Translations under genes and position numbers: made by a program
Assembly: GCA_964016885.1 (NCBI GenBank)
Contig: OZ024741.1
Location: forward strand, 330,336,001 to 330,400,000
DNA length: 64,000 bases
Origin: Eledone cirrhosa
Taxonomy: Eukaryota
Direction of reading: 5' to 3'
The notes under the pieces: model-generated
What the model was told of the DNA's origin: nothing
Database searches by the model: none
Seen by the model: only the letters and a program-made list of their open reading frames with translations
Shown here: positions 1-13,371 of the stretch, piece after piece
How the letters are laid out: each line of letters starts with the position of its first letter
Numbering within the stretch: the stretch's first letter is position 1

Positions 1-186
1 ATATCCCCACCATCAATTAACTCCAAACAACTGGGACAACAATTACAATTGGTCCCGTGGCTTCCCAATGCCGCAAAGATTAAATCCCGGTGGAAACACT
101 ACTGCACCACAATTTATGCCACAACCACCAAATGCACATCATTCTACATGCAGTAGAGTCTAGCCTGAAATGTCTATATACATACA

Positions 187-842
187 CCGTATATACTCGA
201 ATCTAAGCCAAGGAATATGTGACCCCAAAAAAATCGACGGTGGAATTGGGGAGGGGGGACTTGTATTTGGGGTCTGTTTTCACGATTTACAGCAACTTCT
301 AATTCTACGTAAACAAGGTTGGAATTTTTGCCCATTTCTCAGACATAAATAGTGGGCTCTGCTTATATTTGAGTATATATGGTGTATAAGTATATATATG
401 TATATACTCGAATATAAACCAAGAAATGTGTGACCAAAAAATCGATGGTAGAATGGGTGGGGGGGGGGGGGGGTGCCAGCTTATATTTGGCGGCCAATAT
501 TTTGACGATTTTTACCAACTTCAAATTCTACATGAACAAGGTTTGAAATTTTGCCCATTTCTCAGACATAAATTAATGGGCCAGCTTATATTCGAGTATA
601 TACGGTATATATATATATATATATTTTGTATATACTCGAATTTAAGCTGAGGAATATGTGACTAGAAAAAAAAATCGATGGTGGAAGTGGGGGGCGGGGG
701 TGCCAGCTTATATTTTGATGATTTATACCAACCTCAAATTCTACATAAATAATAAATAAGGTTTGGATTTTGCCCATTTCTCAGACATAAAATAATGGGG
801 TTGGTTTATATTTGTATTCGCTTATATTCAAGTATATACAGT
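187..842. mobile_element. Three tandem ~200-bp MITE copies with Tc2-like (Tc1/mariner superfamily) TIRs
   Basis: Each unit begins (CC)GTATATACTCGAAT.TAAGC and ends GCTTATATTCGAGTATATACGG or a variant (inverted). Units are at ~187-382, ~399-604 and ~627-842, share the internal TTTTGCCCATTTCTCAGACATAAA, and are separated by TA-rich spacers. Confidence 0.65.
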
Positions 843-1167
843 ATATCAAGTCACAAAAACAAAATAATGTCAATTCTAAGGAATATTTGTACACATAGTT
901 GCTATTCATATATGAATAACTTATTTCAAACATTTCACCTGTACATAAAATAATGTGTAGTTTGAGAAATTTGAAAACAGCATTCATTACAATACCAGCC
1001 ATAGTTTATTTTATTGTTGTAAATTCTTTCCAATACATTTTCTTAAGCTCCATTACATGATTCAACTCTCTTCATCTTAAGAATTGCAAACATTATGAAA
1101 AAAATAGTTCACATCCATCAAGTTATGTAATCTCAATGTTATGTAAAATTATTACAGTAGTAAAGGA

Positions 1168-1420
1168 AAGTGGCTTAGAGGTTAGAGAATTGGATTCACA
1201 ATTGTGAGGTTGCTAGTTTGATTCCTGGACTGAGCGATGCGTTTAGTCCTTGAGTAAGACACTTTGTTTCATTTATCGTTGCTCTCTCTGTCAGGAGTTG
1301 CAGTTGGTCGATAGTATCAGCAATGGAAAGATCAATGGAAACATTGTTTCCTTGGTCTGATTAGATGAGTTCCACCCCCACTTGGTAAGCGAATGAGATC
1401 TGGGATCGTGGCCTGGGACA
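1168..1420 (+). mobile_element. tRNA-derived SINE (family also at ~22580-22780 and ~34388-34600)
   Basis: A-box-like TGGCTTAGAGG and B-box-like GTTTGATTCC. The 3' part TTCCACCCCCACTTGGTAAGCGAATGAGATCTGGGATC is shared with the other copies. Confidence 0.65.
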
Positions 1421-2570
1421 GGTAAAATAATAAAATATTGTCAAAATTAATATTCTGTGAGTTTCCAATCCATAATTAGATATGATTATCTAACAGATAA
1501 TCAGCAATAGAAAATAAGAGTTTACCCATTTGATATCACCCTGGCTGAGACCAATATGTAGCCCTTTTGGTCCTAAATTATCTGAAACTACTCTTGGTCC
1601 TATCATATAAAACTGTTTATTTAAAACTTTATATCTTTCAGAAAAATTTCCATCATAACTTTAAGTAAGGACCTTTATGTTCCAAACACTAGTTTAATAA
1701 TGGATAGTTATATTACTATATCCCTGTAAAATCTTGAATGTTTTCAAAATTGCTTGAAAAATCACTGGCATATTGTCTTTCATTAGAAATATTGGGACAA
1801 AAAAGTTAAAAAGAAAATCCCTCAAATGCTGTGCTAATCTTCTTCGTTGTCGTTTTATGTCCACATTCCCTGCTAACAAGGGTTGTTCTGATCTTCAAAC
1901 AGTCTGTACTGATGTGGGGTTACTGACCTCCCATACAGGCCTGGAGGTCTTCATCTCACTTACAGTCCCACATTCTACATTTTATCATGGTATCAGTTCA
2001 AAAGAAGTTGTCTTGTCTTTGACACAACTGACGTGTCCTTCCAACTCTTTGTTTGGCAGGTTTTCTACATCTGGATGACCTTCCTATCACCAACCACTTT
2101 ACAGAGTGTATGAGATGTTTTTAATGTGCAGATCACCAACACTAGGGAGGTTATTATGTCCTCGGTGTGACTGAAGAGTATCATATTAATAACCTGTACC
2201 AAAATTTTCCATTTTATTTACAAGACCTTGTTTTTGGTTCTGATGAGCAATGTAGTTGATTTAACCTAGGGAACAACTTGCCTGTAGAATTAACATGTAA
2301 GTGGCTAAGAATTTCACAGACATGTGTGCTCTTAATGCAGTTTTCAAGGAGTTTCAGCATGATTTGGTGTGTGACAAGGCTGGTCCCTTGAATTATAGGT
2401 ACAAGTCACTTCTGCTATCTGAGTGAACTGGAGCAACATAAAATAAGTACCTTGTTCAAGGACATGACATGCCATCGGGAATCGAACTAGTGGCCATACG
2501 ATCATAACTAAACACTCTAACCACTAAACCGCATGTCTTCACAATACATGACCCATTCTATCTTTTAAGT

Positions 2571-2900
2571 ACTGTGTTTCCCCTATGATAAACCCCAGCA
2601 TGATTTTTGTTGCGGTCCAATATAAGCCCTAGCGCATTTTTGCGAGAAAGATTAATATAAAAAAATGATATAAAACGCATATTTCCAGAGTCTTGTTGAT
2701 TATTAATATAATAAATTGTTTTAATGATAATGTTTTTAACTCTATAATATAATTTGACATCAGTATAATGATAATTTTATCAAAACTCTTGTGTTGTTAT
2801 TTTTTGTGTAAAAATATAAGCTTTACTCTGAAAATAAGCCCTAGTGTCTTTTTTGAGGTAAAAATTAATATGACATATCTTATAATAGGGGAAACATGGT
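2571..2900. mobile_element. Tc2-like non-autonomous DNA transposon (MITE)
   Basis: TA-flanked TIRs CTGTGTTTCCCCTATGATAA ... TTATAATAGGGGAAACATGG, with internal TAAGCCCTAG repeats. A related fragment lies at ~63080-63180. Confidence 0.6.
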
Positions 2901-4719
2901 ATCAGCTCCATTCATAAAATGTTGACTTCACTATTTTTTTTTTTAAGATGAACCTCTCCCTTGCTTTAATCAAAGTTAAAAATACTATCTCATTACATTA
3001 AATTTCTGTGAAATTTTTTATAAAATGTTTTTAAAAGTAGTAGTAAATGTCTTTTCATCAGAAGTGGGCAACTTAACTGTTAACATCCTCTGATTTAGCA
3101 GAAAATAGGTTTACTAATTCAAATGTTTATGGTATCTTTACTAAAGGACAGATCATTGTGAAAATTGGTGTAACATCTTTTAATGATTTATCAGAAAACA
3201 TCTAAAAATAAGTTTATTAATTCAAATGTTTATGGTGTCTTTACTGGTAGACAGATCTTTTCAAAAATCAGATTCTTACTAGTTTGTTTTCATGTGGTAC
3301 TTATTTATCGATTACATGTTAAGAATTAAACAGCTTTTAAAGGACTCTTAAACATTTAACAGATCTTCCTTATGTTGCATTAACAAATCAGTTAATAGTA
3401 AAGCTGTAAATGCTTTAATAGAAATTGTGTTTAATGTTTTTGTTACCATATAATCTCTAATGAAATACACTGTTTCTCAATTAATGAAGAATTTACTAGA
3501 ATTATTTTATTATTAAAATGGTATATGGATCAACATGTGGTTATTATATGAAGCTATGCTGAAAGGTTTTAATTAAAATGAGTGATTTTGTTTCATAGAA
3601 CCAGAGCTAGTTTTGGCCAGGTTGGTATTTAAGGGATTAAATATATCTTTTGTTCTCTCTGGCTCCTCTTACCTTTATACAACATATTAGTGGGTTTTCT
3701 CCCATGTATGGCTGGGTAACACTAGATGTAATTTAGATAGGAGCCCTTTAAAATGAGCGGTTTTGTTTCATAGAACCAGAGCTGGTTTTGGCTGGATTGG
3801 TATCAAAAGAGTTAAACAAATTTATCAACATTACTGTTGTAACCAAACTAAGATTTCTTTTGTAAATTAACTGAATCTTTGAACATCTAATGAATATTTG
3901 GCTGTTTAATTTGCAGATTTTAGTGTATTTTTTTAATCATGTAAAGTGGTTGGCATTAGAAAGGGCATCCAGCCATAGAAACCAAAACAATGCATAGGAG
4001 CAGGACCTAGTCACTTGACCAATCTGGCCTCAACACGTGACAGCCAACTAACTCATGCAAGCATGGAAAAAAATGTTAAACGGTGATTATGATAATGATG
4101 ATACATATATTATATATATATACCCTTGCAAGCAGGGAAAAGCGGACGTAAAAAGGATGATGATGATATATATATGGAACATGAGCGAAGGCCATATGAA
4201 GTTATGCATAAATTTATTCAACCATAATTAATGTACAATTTGATATGGCCATTGCTAATATTTACTTTATATATACTCCACCTTGGACTACTAAAACAAA
4301 CTTGGATTAGTACATGTCATTGAGTGCTTCATTCTATTAGCATCACCGTTAACTGATTGGAATGTGGATTGCACAACTCTAGTTGGTTAACACCTTAGAA
4401 AAATTATATATATATGTAATCGGTTCAGTGTGAGCAAGACAGTCATTTGATCTGGCTTGGCTCACATCTGGACACCTTGTCTAACTTATGCTAGCGTGGA
4501 AAAATGGATGTTAAACGGTGATGATGATGATATGTGTGTGTGTGTAATTAAGGAGTTCACTTTACAACCACATGTTCTGGGTTGTCCCACTGTGTGGCAC
4601 CTTGGGCAAGTGTTTTTTACAATCGACTGGTGTTGTCCTGTAACATAGCAGTTCAATAAGAAGGGATTGGTAAATAAGCACTGGGGTCGATAATCATCAA
4701 CTAAAATCAATAAAAGGAT

Positions 4720-4982
4720 GTGGTACCCAGCATGGCCTCAGTCTGACTGAAACTAATAAAAGAATATACAAGTGTAGTGCCCCAGCTTGGTTGTAGTCTA
4801 ATGATTGAAAAGAGTAAAAGAATGTGGCACCCAGCATGGCCACAGCTTAATGACTGAAAACCACTAAAAGAATAAAGGAGTGTATGGACCCAGCAGGGCC
4901 ATAATCTGAAAACATTAAAATAATGTGGTGCTCCAGCATGGCCACAGTCTAATGACTGCAAACAGTAAAACAATAAAAGAAT
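4720..4982 (+). repeat. Tandemly repeated SINE 3' segment (~55-60 bp x ~5)
   Basis: Repeated CCAGCATGGCCACAGTCTAATGACTGAAAA...AATAAAAGAAT. Confidence 0.65.
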
Positions 4983-5955
4983 ACCTTGAGAATTGTTTGT
5001 TTTCTTATATTTCTAATTGATATGCTAGTTGTATTTGTGTGTGGCTTAGTAATGTTGGGCTCACGTTTGTAAAGTTGTGAGTTCAATACCTTGAGCATGA
5101 TACTTTATTTTACTTTCTTCAGTCTACTCAGTTGGGGACAAAATATAACTTGTGACAACACTGGCCCCAAGCTGTGTCAGCCTTTGCTTTCCTTAGGACA
5201 GCATCATATATAGAGTATGGGGCGAGAAGACTCTTTAGTCCTACCATGGTACCGCAATGTCTCTATTGTTGGAGATAGGAAGGGTATCCAGCCATAGAAT
5301 GCTTTTGTCGAAGATATGACAACCTCTTCTGTGCATTCACTGGAATGTGAGACTGTTCATGAGCGAGATACAGATCCTTGGTCTATGTAGACTTGTCAAA
5401 CCCTTGCTAACAGAAAGTTGATGTTAAAACGACAATGAACATGAAAGGGTATATATAATGTATATAGTGTACTTATGAGTTGCAATGACACTGGTGCGAA
5501 GTTGTATTAGCTTTTACTTTCCCTTGGATAACATAATATATAGAATATATATATATATATATATTGCATACATATGAGTTGCGATGATAGTGGTGCCAAG
5601 CTATATCAGTCTTGGTTTTTTTTTTTAGACAACCTCATATATAATGTATGTGTGATGTACATAGGAGTTGTGATGACTCTGGTGCCAAGCTGTGTTGGCC
5701 TTTGCCTTTCCCTTGGATAACATAATATATAGTATATATAGACTGGTACTTTTTTTATTGATCTCAAAAGGATGAAAGGCAAACTTGACCTCAGCGGGAT
5801 TGAACCCAGAATGCAGAGAGCCAAAACAAACATCACAAAGCACTCTATCCGACATTTTAACAACTCTGCTAATTCTCCACCTAACAGCTAAATATGGCCT
5901 TTTTAACTTGTCAAATGGATTGTACCCCTTCCCATTGGTCACGCATGTAAAGGTG

Positions 5956-7035
5956 CATGGCTTAGTGATTAGGGTGTTTAACTCATAATTGTAAAGTAGA
6001 CAATTTGATTCCTGACAATGTGTTGTTCATGTGTAAGACATGGCTTAGTGGTTAGGGTGTTTAGCTCATAATTGTAAAGTAGTCAGTTTGAATTCTGACA
6101 ATGTGTTGTTCATGTGTAAGACACGGCTTAGTGATTAGGGTGTTTAACTCATAATTGTAAAGTAGACAATTTGATTCCTGACAATGTGTTGTTCATGTGT
6201 AAGACATGGCTTAGTGGTTAGGGTGTTTAGCTCATAATTGTAAAGTAGTCAGTTTGAATTCTGACAATGTGTTGTTCATGTGTAAGACATGGCTTAGTGG
6301 TTAGGGTGTTTAACTCATAATTGTAAAGTAGTCAGTTTGACTCCTGACAATGTGTTGTTCATGTGTAAGACATGGCTTAGTGATTAGGGTGTTTAACTCA
6401 TAATTGTAAAGTAGTCAGTTTGACTTCTGACAATGTGTTGTTCATGTGTAAGACATGGCTTAGTGATTAGGGTGTTTAGCTCATAATTGTAAAGTAGTCA
6501 GTTTGACTTCTGACAATGTGTTGTTCATGTGTAAGACATGGCTTAGTGGTTAGGGTGTTTAACTCATAATTGTAAAGTAGTCAGTTTGACTTCTGACAAT
6601 GTGTTGTTCATGTGTAAGACATGGCTTAGTGGTTAGGGTGTTTAGCTCATAATTGTAAAGTAGTCAGTTTGACTTCTGACAATGTGTTGTTCATGTGTAA
6701 GACATGGCTTAGTGGTTAGGGTGTTTAGCTCATAATTGTAAAGTAGTCAGTTTGACTTCTGACAATGTGTTGTTCATGTGTAAGACATGGCTTAGTGGTT
6801 AGGGTGTTTAGCTCATAATTGTAAAGTAGTCAGTTTGACTTCTGACAATGTGTTGTTCATGTGTAAGACATGGCTTAGTGGTTAGGGTGTTTAGCTCATA
6901 ATTGTAAAGTAGTCAGTTTGACTTCTGACAATGTGTTGTTCATGTGTAAGACATGGCTTAGTGGTTAGGGTGTTTAGCTCATAATTGTAAAGTAGTCAGT
7001 TTGATTCCTGACAGTGTGTTGTTCTTGTGTAAGAT
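5956..7035 (+). repeat. 83-bp tandem array (13 units) made of a SINE tRNA-like head
   Basis: Unit CATGGCTTAGTGGTTAGGGTGTTTAGCTCATAATTGTAAAGTAGTCAGTTTGACTTCTGACAATGTGTTGTTCATGTGTAAGA, with period 83 (5956 to 6039). The array runs into SINE body sequence that extends to ~7210. Confidence 0.92.
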
Positions 7036-7334
7036 ATGTTATATTCGTGTAATTCCAGTCCACTAAACTGGCAAAAATGAGTTGTGCCTGTGATATAAAG
7101 AGCCAACCTGTCACTGATTTCTCGTTACACGGTTTATATATTTGTGGAATACTCAGCCACTTGCATGTTAATTTCATAAGAAGCGAGCTGCTCCATTGAT
7201 CAAACAACTAGAAAATTTGTTAGAATTGGTGGCGCTCCAACAACTACAACTACATTTTAACAGAATCTTTCTGATTTGGATTAACCTTAATTAAATGTAG
7301 AGTGTTTTTAATCTTCATTGACAAATGTTCTGTT

Positions 7335-7728
7335 TACTTCCTAGTTAAGTACTTAGTAATACTGTAGTGTCTCTTACTTCCTATTTAAGTACCTAATAAT
7401 ATTGTATTATCCCATACTTCCTGGTTAAGTACTTAGTAATACTGTAGTGTTTCTTACTTCCTAGTTAAGTACCTAGGAATACTGTAGTGTCTCTTACTTC
7501 CTAGTTAAGTACCTAGGAATACTGTAGTGTCTCTTCTTAGTTAAGTACTTAGTAATGCTGTATTATCTCTTACTTCCCAGTTAAGTACCTAGTAATACTG
7601 TAGTGTCTCTTACTTCCTAGTTAAGTACCTAGGAATACTGTAGTGTCTCTTCTTAGTTAAGTACTTAGTAATGCTGTATTATCTCTTACTTCCCAGTTAA
7701 GTACCTAGTAATACTGTAGTGTCTCTTA
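7335..7728. repeat. ~40-bp minisatellite (~10 units)
   Basis: Unit TACTTCCTAGTTAAGTACCTAGTAATACTGTAGTGTCTCT. Confidence 0.9.
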
Positions 7729-8264
7729 ACATCTTTTAATGGTTTATTAGAAAATATCCCAAAACAGGTTTGTTAATTCAACTCATCATCATCATCATCG
7801 TTTAACGTCCATCTTCCACGCTAGTATGGGTTAGACGGTTTTGTTCCATTTGATGTGGGAATGGTTCGCATGGAAGCGTCTCTGGCAGGTTTTTTTGCAC
7901 GGAAGCGTCTGGTAGTTTTTTTTTTTACAGCTGCCCTTCCTAACACCAACCACATTTACAGTGTGGACTGGGAGCCTTTTCACCGTGTCTCCTACACAGC
8001 CACCTTACAGTGTGGACGGAACAGGAGAGGGAGGGTATCTTTACTAGTGGACAGATCATTGTAGAAATTTGCAGTATTGTCATTTATATAATTTAGCAGA
8101 AAATATCTAAAAACATATATTTCTTAATTCAAATGTTTATAGTATCTTTACAAGAAGATAGATTGTTATGAAAATCTATGCGAGATGAATGTCTTATTTC
8201 TTTATTTGGATGTTATAATTTAGTAGTTGTGATGTTATCTTTGTTCTGGTTAATAAAGAACATA

Positions 8265-8885
8265 TTTAACCCTGTTGTGGCTATATTTTTAATGAAATGC
8301 ACTCTATTTCAATTAATTAACTCTTTTGAAACCAACCCACCCCAGACTGATGAAAAAAAGCCACCCATTTTAAAGGGTTTCTATTTAAATTAAAATTTTC
8401 CAGCATAATTTTCTATAACAATCATACATTGACACTTAACATCCTGTATCACATGAAACCACAATAACAAGATGTTTTTGAAAAGTATAAAACAGCACTC
8501 TGACTACGTCACATTAAAAAATGAAAGTCTTTATTCTAATACTGATAAAGATATACCAAACATTTGAATTAATAAACATGTTTTTTTTATATTTTCTACT
8601 AAATCTTTATGAGATGTTAAGAGTGAAGTCACTATCTTAGTAATGAGATAAATCATTCATTAATTAATTGAAATAGAGAGGGTCTTATTAGAAATATGCT
8701 CATGAAAGGGTTAATGAAGAATTTTGAGGGTTTTACTGAAATTATTAATCACCCCTTTATTAAGATAGTAACTCAACATATGGTTCTTATATAAAATTGT
8801 GTTTAAATAAGAACTCTTTAAAATTGGTGGTTTTGTTTCATATAACCAGAGCTGATTTTGGGTGGGTTGACATTAAAAGGGTTAA
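8265..8885. mobile_element. piggyBac-like non-autonomous element(s), nested or fragmented (family also at ~45350-45602, ~53428-53640, ~22040-22230, ~3460-3815)
   Basis: TTAA-CCCT... left end and ...AAAGGG-TTAA right ends at ~8705 and ~8878. Internal inverted matches (CTCTATTTCAATTAATT / AATTAATTGAAATAGAG). Confidence 0.5.
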
Positions 8886-9439
8886 AACACTTGGGAAATG
8901 GTTGGATTATAAAAAAGTTACTTTTTTTTACTTCAAGTATATCGTACCATAAGGTAGCGAATTGGCAGAGTCATTAGAATGTCAGATAGAATGCTTTGTG
9001 GTATTCGTTCTGGCTCTCTGCTCTCAAATCCCACCAAGGTCAACTTCACCTTCCATCCATTCAAGATTGATTTAAAAAAAAAAAAGTACTAGTCTAATAC
9101 TGGAGTCGATTCTTCTAATATCTCTTTCTCACTTCCATTCTCTCACTCTCTATCCTTCGCTGGAAGAATTTTGTTGTATTCAGAACTGGAGCTATGCCAG
9201 GTCTTAAAAATGCCGTCAATATGGTGCCCCTATGACACTCATGCATGCATATCATACTATCAGCTTTTAATCATGACATGATCTGTAATATTTGGTAGTT
9301 AATTTCTTTAAAGTTTTGATCTCATAAACTTCTGATATGTTTAGTTTATGTAGTATTTTTAGGTGAAGGCACGTTGGGTTGTTTGATTCCTGAACCAAGC
9401 AGCACATTGTGTTCATGAGAGCAAGATGTTTCATACATG

Positions 9440-9652
9440 ATAGAACAGGGGCTCCCTATCATTAAAATATGTGAGAAACCACGTTAGCACAGGAGCCCTA
9501 TCCTTAAAACATGTGAGAAACCACGTTAGAACAGGCTCTATATCATTAAAATGCAAGAAAACACGTTAGAACAGGGGCTCCATATCCTTAAAATATGTGA
9601 GAAAACTCGTTAGAACAGGAGCCCTATCATTAGCATATGCGAGAAACCACCT
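9440..9652. repeat. ~41-bp minisatellite (~5 units)
   Basis: Repeated GTTAGAACAGGGGCTCCCTATCATTAAAATATGTGAGAAACCAC. Confidence 0.8.
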
Positions 9653-11679
9653 ATGAGATAAAAACCCCATAGAAGGCCAGCTAAACCTGCATAGATGTGA
9701 GCTGTAACAATGTATTTATAGACAGTGGTCTTAAACTAGCTGATGTTTTAAATACATCATATGACATAGTGATCTAAAGAGTCAGACCGTATAATTATGT
9801 AATGTTCATAATCCAGAAAGGTTCTGAGTCCTATCATTGTTGAAATATGCTTCACATAATAAACATATATAAAACTGATATCTCTCTCTCTCTTCTGGTT
9901 TATATATATGTATACACACATATATATAGGAGTTAGATATGTGACGTATCTTTATGAAAACACTGCAACTGTACTCACTATATAACTATGTGTGCACTCA
10001 GAACACCAAGATACAGTTTCATGGCCAGTGGTCATTGAAATAACATCAGTGACTTTCATAAACTGTGTATATTTACTCTCAGTTTCAACTGACATGCCTC
10101 CTGTGTAAGGTTAAAACGTTTCTATATTTCTATGTGTTATTTATATATTGAATATTTCTCATACAGTGATCTTCCTCTGTTTAGAGGTCACGTGTGTTAT
10201 TTTTTGTTTTTAATTTCTGTAGAGTAAGGTAGTACACTGGTTGTTTAACTCCGAGTAAACTCACTCTGATCCGGCAGAACTATGAACAAAGGTATTCCAG
10301 TCACGAGAACTCCAGAGTATCTCAGTCATTGGCAAACTGTAGCCCTATTGGCTTTCTGAATGGCATGCCTAATTTCAAAATTGCCTTGAACTCTTAATAG
10401 TGTAGCCTGCCTTATTATGAGCCACATCTTATGCAGCCTACTGCTTGATAAAGGTTGCTCATGCCTGGTCTAGGACAACATTACCCAATATATCCTTTTC
10501 TTTCTTTATTTTTTTTAGAGATACCCATTGTTAACTTAGAAACAATGGCCTATATATGGACACAGATAAGGAGTGCCCTCTCAGATACAAAATATCTGTA
10601 GTTAAAAATCCTTGCTAGACAAACTTTTAGATTCTCATGTTTTTTCTTCGTCCACTTATTCTTAAGAGGGTTGTTGGTGCAGAGTCCTCAAACACGCCTT
10701 CCAGCAGGTCTTGTCAAACAACTGTCTCCAATTTTCAAGTAAGACCATCTTGCTTGGGGTCTACCCCTAGGTCTCCTGCCAGTTGGCTTTGCCCATAAAA
10801 TCTGTCCAGTGATTCTTTCCTGAGACATTCTAACCCCATGCCCGTAATATTAGAGCTGTGATCTCTCTCTCTTTCTATATATATATATATATATATATAG
10901 GGGTTTTGCAGATGTCTAAAATATATTAAAGGAGATAGAACAATGATGGAGAGAAAAGTGGAATTTAATGAGCTATGTACTCTATTGAGTAACATTACTC
11001 CAAAGATGCTTTGGAGGAACCCTATTTCAGCCACTTGTGTTCACAATCATATTCTTGCTTTAGATTCTCATCCACTAAGGAAAATTTCAGTAATGAAATT
11101 TCATTTTACTTAAAAGAAACTTCAGTTAACAACAGGTATCCCAACATGTCATGAACAATATACAAGAAAGATTTAGTCACACTGACACTAAAGAAACAGT
11201 ACCAAGAAAAAAATACACAAACCACATATTTTGTATACAACAAGAACCAAATTCACTTTGGGTATAGAATGGAAAAGTACTTCATTAAACTTCTAAAACA
11301 AAACAAAATGCATCAACCCTAACAAGAAACTCATGGTTAGAAAAAATATACTACAAAACCTCAACATCAACACAAAAAATCACAGACTGGTACAACACAG
11401 AATGAACTGCAGATGACCAACGTGACATAAATTTCACTATAAACATGGAAGTTGTGACCAAGTTGGTCTGAAATAAGTTAATAGTTGCCAGTAACTATGT
11501 TTCATATAGTTATTGTGGAATTGTGGCAGTGAACAGGTTGCAGAAGTAGGACAAAACATTTTAACACCCCATGAAAAATATGAAAAGTGAACTTAACAAT
11601 TTTTGTATATTATGTGCATGAGAAAAGGTAGGAGAATGGAATGAGAGAAGTCAAGGTCTGTGTTACTATTGAGACCAAC

Positions 11680-11998
11680 TAAGCAGCCGCTTAGGGTACA
11701 GACTTGAGATGCACATTACTGGATCTTACAGGGCTGGTGCTACCATTAAGGCCAACCAGGCAGCCAGCTAGGGTACAGACCTCAGAGAGGTGTATTACTG
11801 AACTCTACAGGGCTGGTGCTACCATTAAGCCTAACTAGGCAGCCACCGAGGGTACAGACTTCAGAGATACATTACTGAACCTTAAGAGATCATAGTTTTA
11901 TACAGGGTTGATACTACCATTAAGGCTAACTAGACAACCACTTTGAGTTCAGACCACTGAGAGAGCATTACTAAACCTTAAGGGATCACAGTTTTACA
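11680..11998. repeat. Degenerate ~75-95-bp tandem repeat (~4 units)
   Basis: Repeated GGCAGCC...GGGTACAGAC...CATTACTGAAC...ACAGGGCTGGTGCTACCATTAAG. Confidence 0.75.
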
Positions 11999-12075
11999 CA
12001 AATTTGAGGCAGCTGCAACATGATCACAGCTTTTAAAAAACTCCATAGTGAAAGTCTTGTATGTTTATTATATGC

Positions 12076-12123
<48 letters not shown>

Positions 12124-13371
12124 TTTACACCTCTATGAATTAAATTAAAAGTATAATAATTTTCTGTGATCACTCAACATCTTTGCCATATTGGAAATAT
12201 CCAAAATGGTGGAGAAAGTTGTTTGGTGTTATGACCTGTCACATGATTTGGTATAGGTGAGTGTGGACTGTGTAGTGGAAAATGCAGGCTTAGTCATTTT
12301 CCTTGTGTGGTCAGAACAAGAAGTCATCAAAAACTTGGTTCACCAATTTATCAAACTATTTGGTGAAATTATTTTGGGGAGAAGAGGTACCCATTTGTAG
12401 AACTAACCTAGGGCATTAAATACTTGTGTCAGCCCTAGATGAGGTTGTTTTCCCAGTAAGGGGCCTGTTTCAAATGTCTACAACAGAAACGGCCTCTGCC
12501 ATTGGCTTCCAAGCAGTTTCTGTCTACCAAATTTCACTAATATTGCTTTAGTTGAAGACACTTGCCCATGTTGCTGTACAGTGAGATTGAAAATAAATTC
12601 ATATTTACAAAGCAAACTTTTTAACCACTCAGCCATCATCTGCACCCATTATTTTTCCACACCTATCAGTGCATATATATGTATAAAAAGTTGCAGTTGT
12701 TGCGAGGATAAAACAAATTCATATGAGTGTTAATTTTATTTTAAATCATTCTGCTGTTAAAAAAATAAACTAACTTATTTAGCTAATTATGGGTTGAAGT
12801 ACTATCCCATTGATTTTTATTTAAACAAAGTATCCCAGATACAACTTCAGTTAATAATGCTGTCAAACTAAATTCAACATATATGATGGAAAAGAAGTTT
12901 CTCTTGGATCAAATCATGTCATTGAGATAAAGATCATTTGTGTCTATATTTTTCAATTAGGTGCATGGCTTAGTGGTGTGTTGGACTCATGGCTTAGTGG
13001 TGTGTTGGACTCATGGCTTTGATTCCTGAACCAAGTGGTATGTTGTGTTGTGTTCTTGAGCAAGACACTTCATTTCACATTGCTTTTCATAAGACTGGTG
13101 TTCCTGTCATTAAAACACCTAAGAAACTTCCTATAAAATACAAACTGGTAGGAGGCCAGCCAAACCTACCGAGGCGTGAGCTTTAACATGATAGGACTAC
13201 TGTCTCTATCATTAAAACACCCAAGAAACTTACTATAAAATGCAACTTCGTAGGAGGCCAGTTAAACCTACAGAGGCGTGAGCTGTATATTTCAATTAAT
13301 TAGACTTCTAAGTGCAATTTCTTTTAAACTAAATGTTGTTTTACCAATTAATAAGATTAACTAGGTCATTG

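Noticed and set aside
1168-1240. tRNA genes at A/B-box motifs (also ~14965, ~34388, ~44272, ~53152)
   Set aside because: No complete cloverleaf was found, and each motif continues into shared SINE body sequence.
5956-7035. Regular array resembling CRISPR
   Set aside because: Contiguous 83-bp units with no unique spacers, no cas genes, and a eukaryotic context. The unit is a SINE head.
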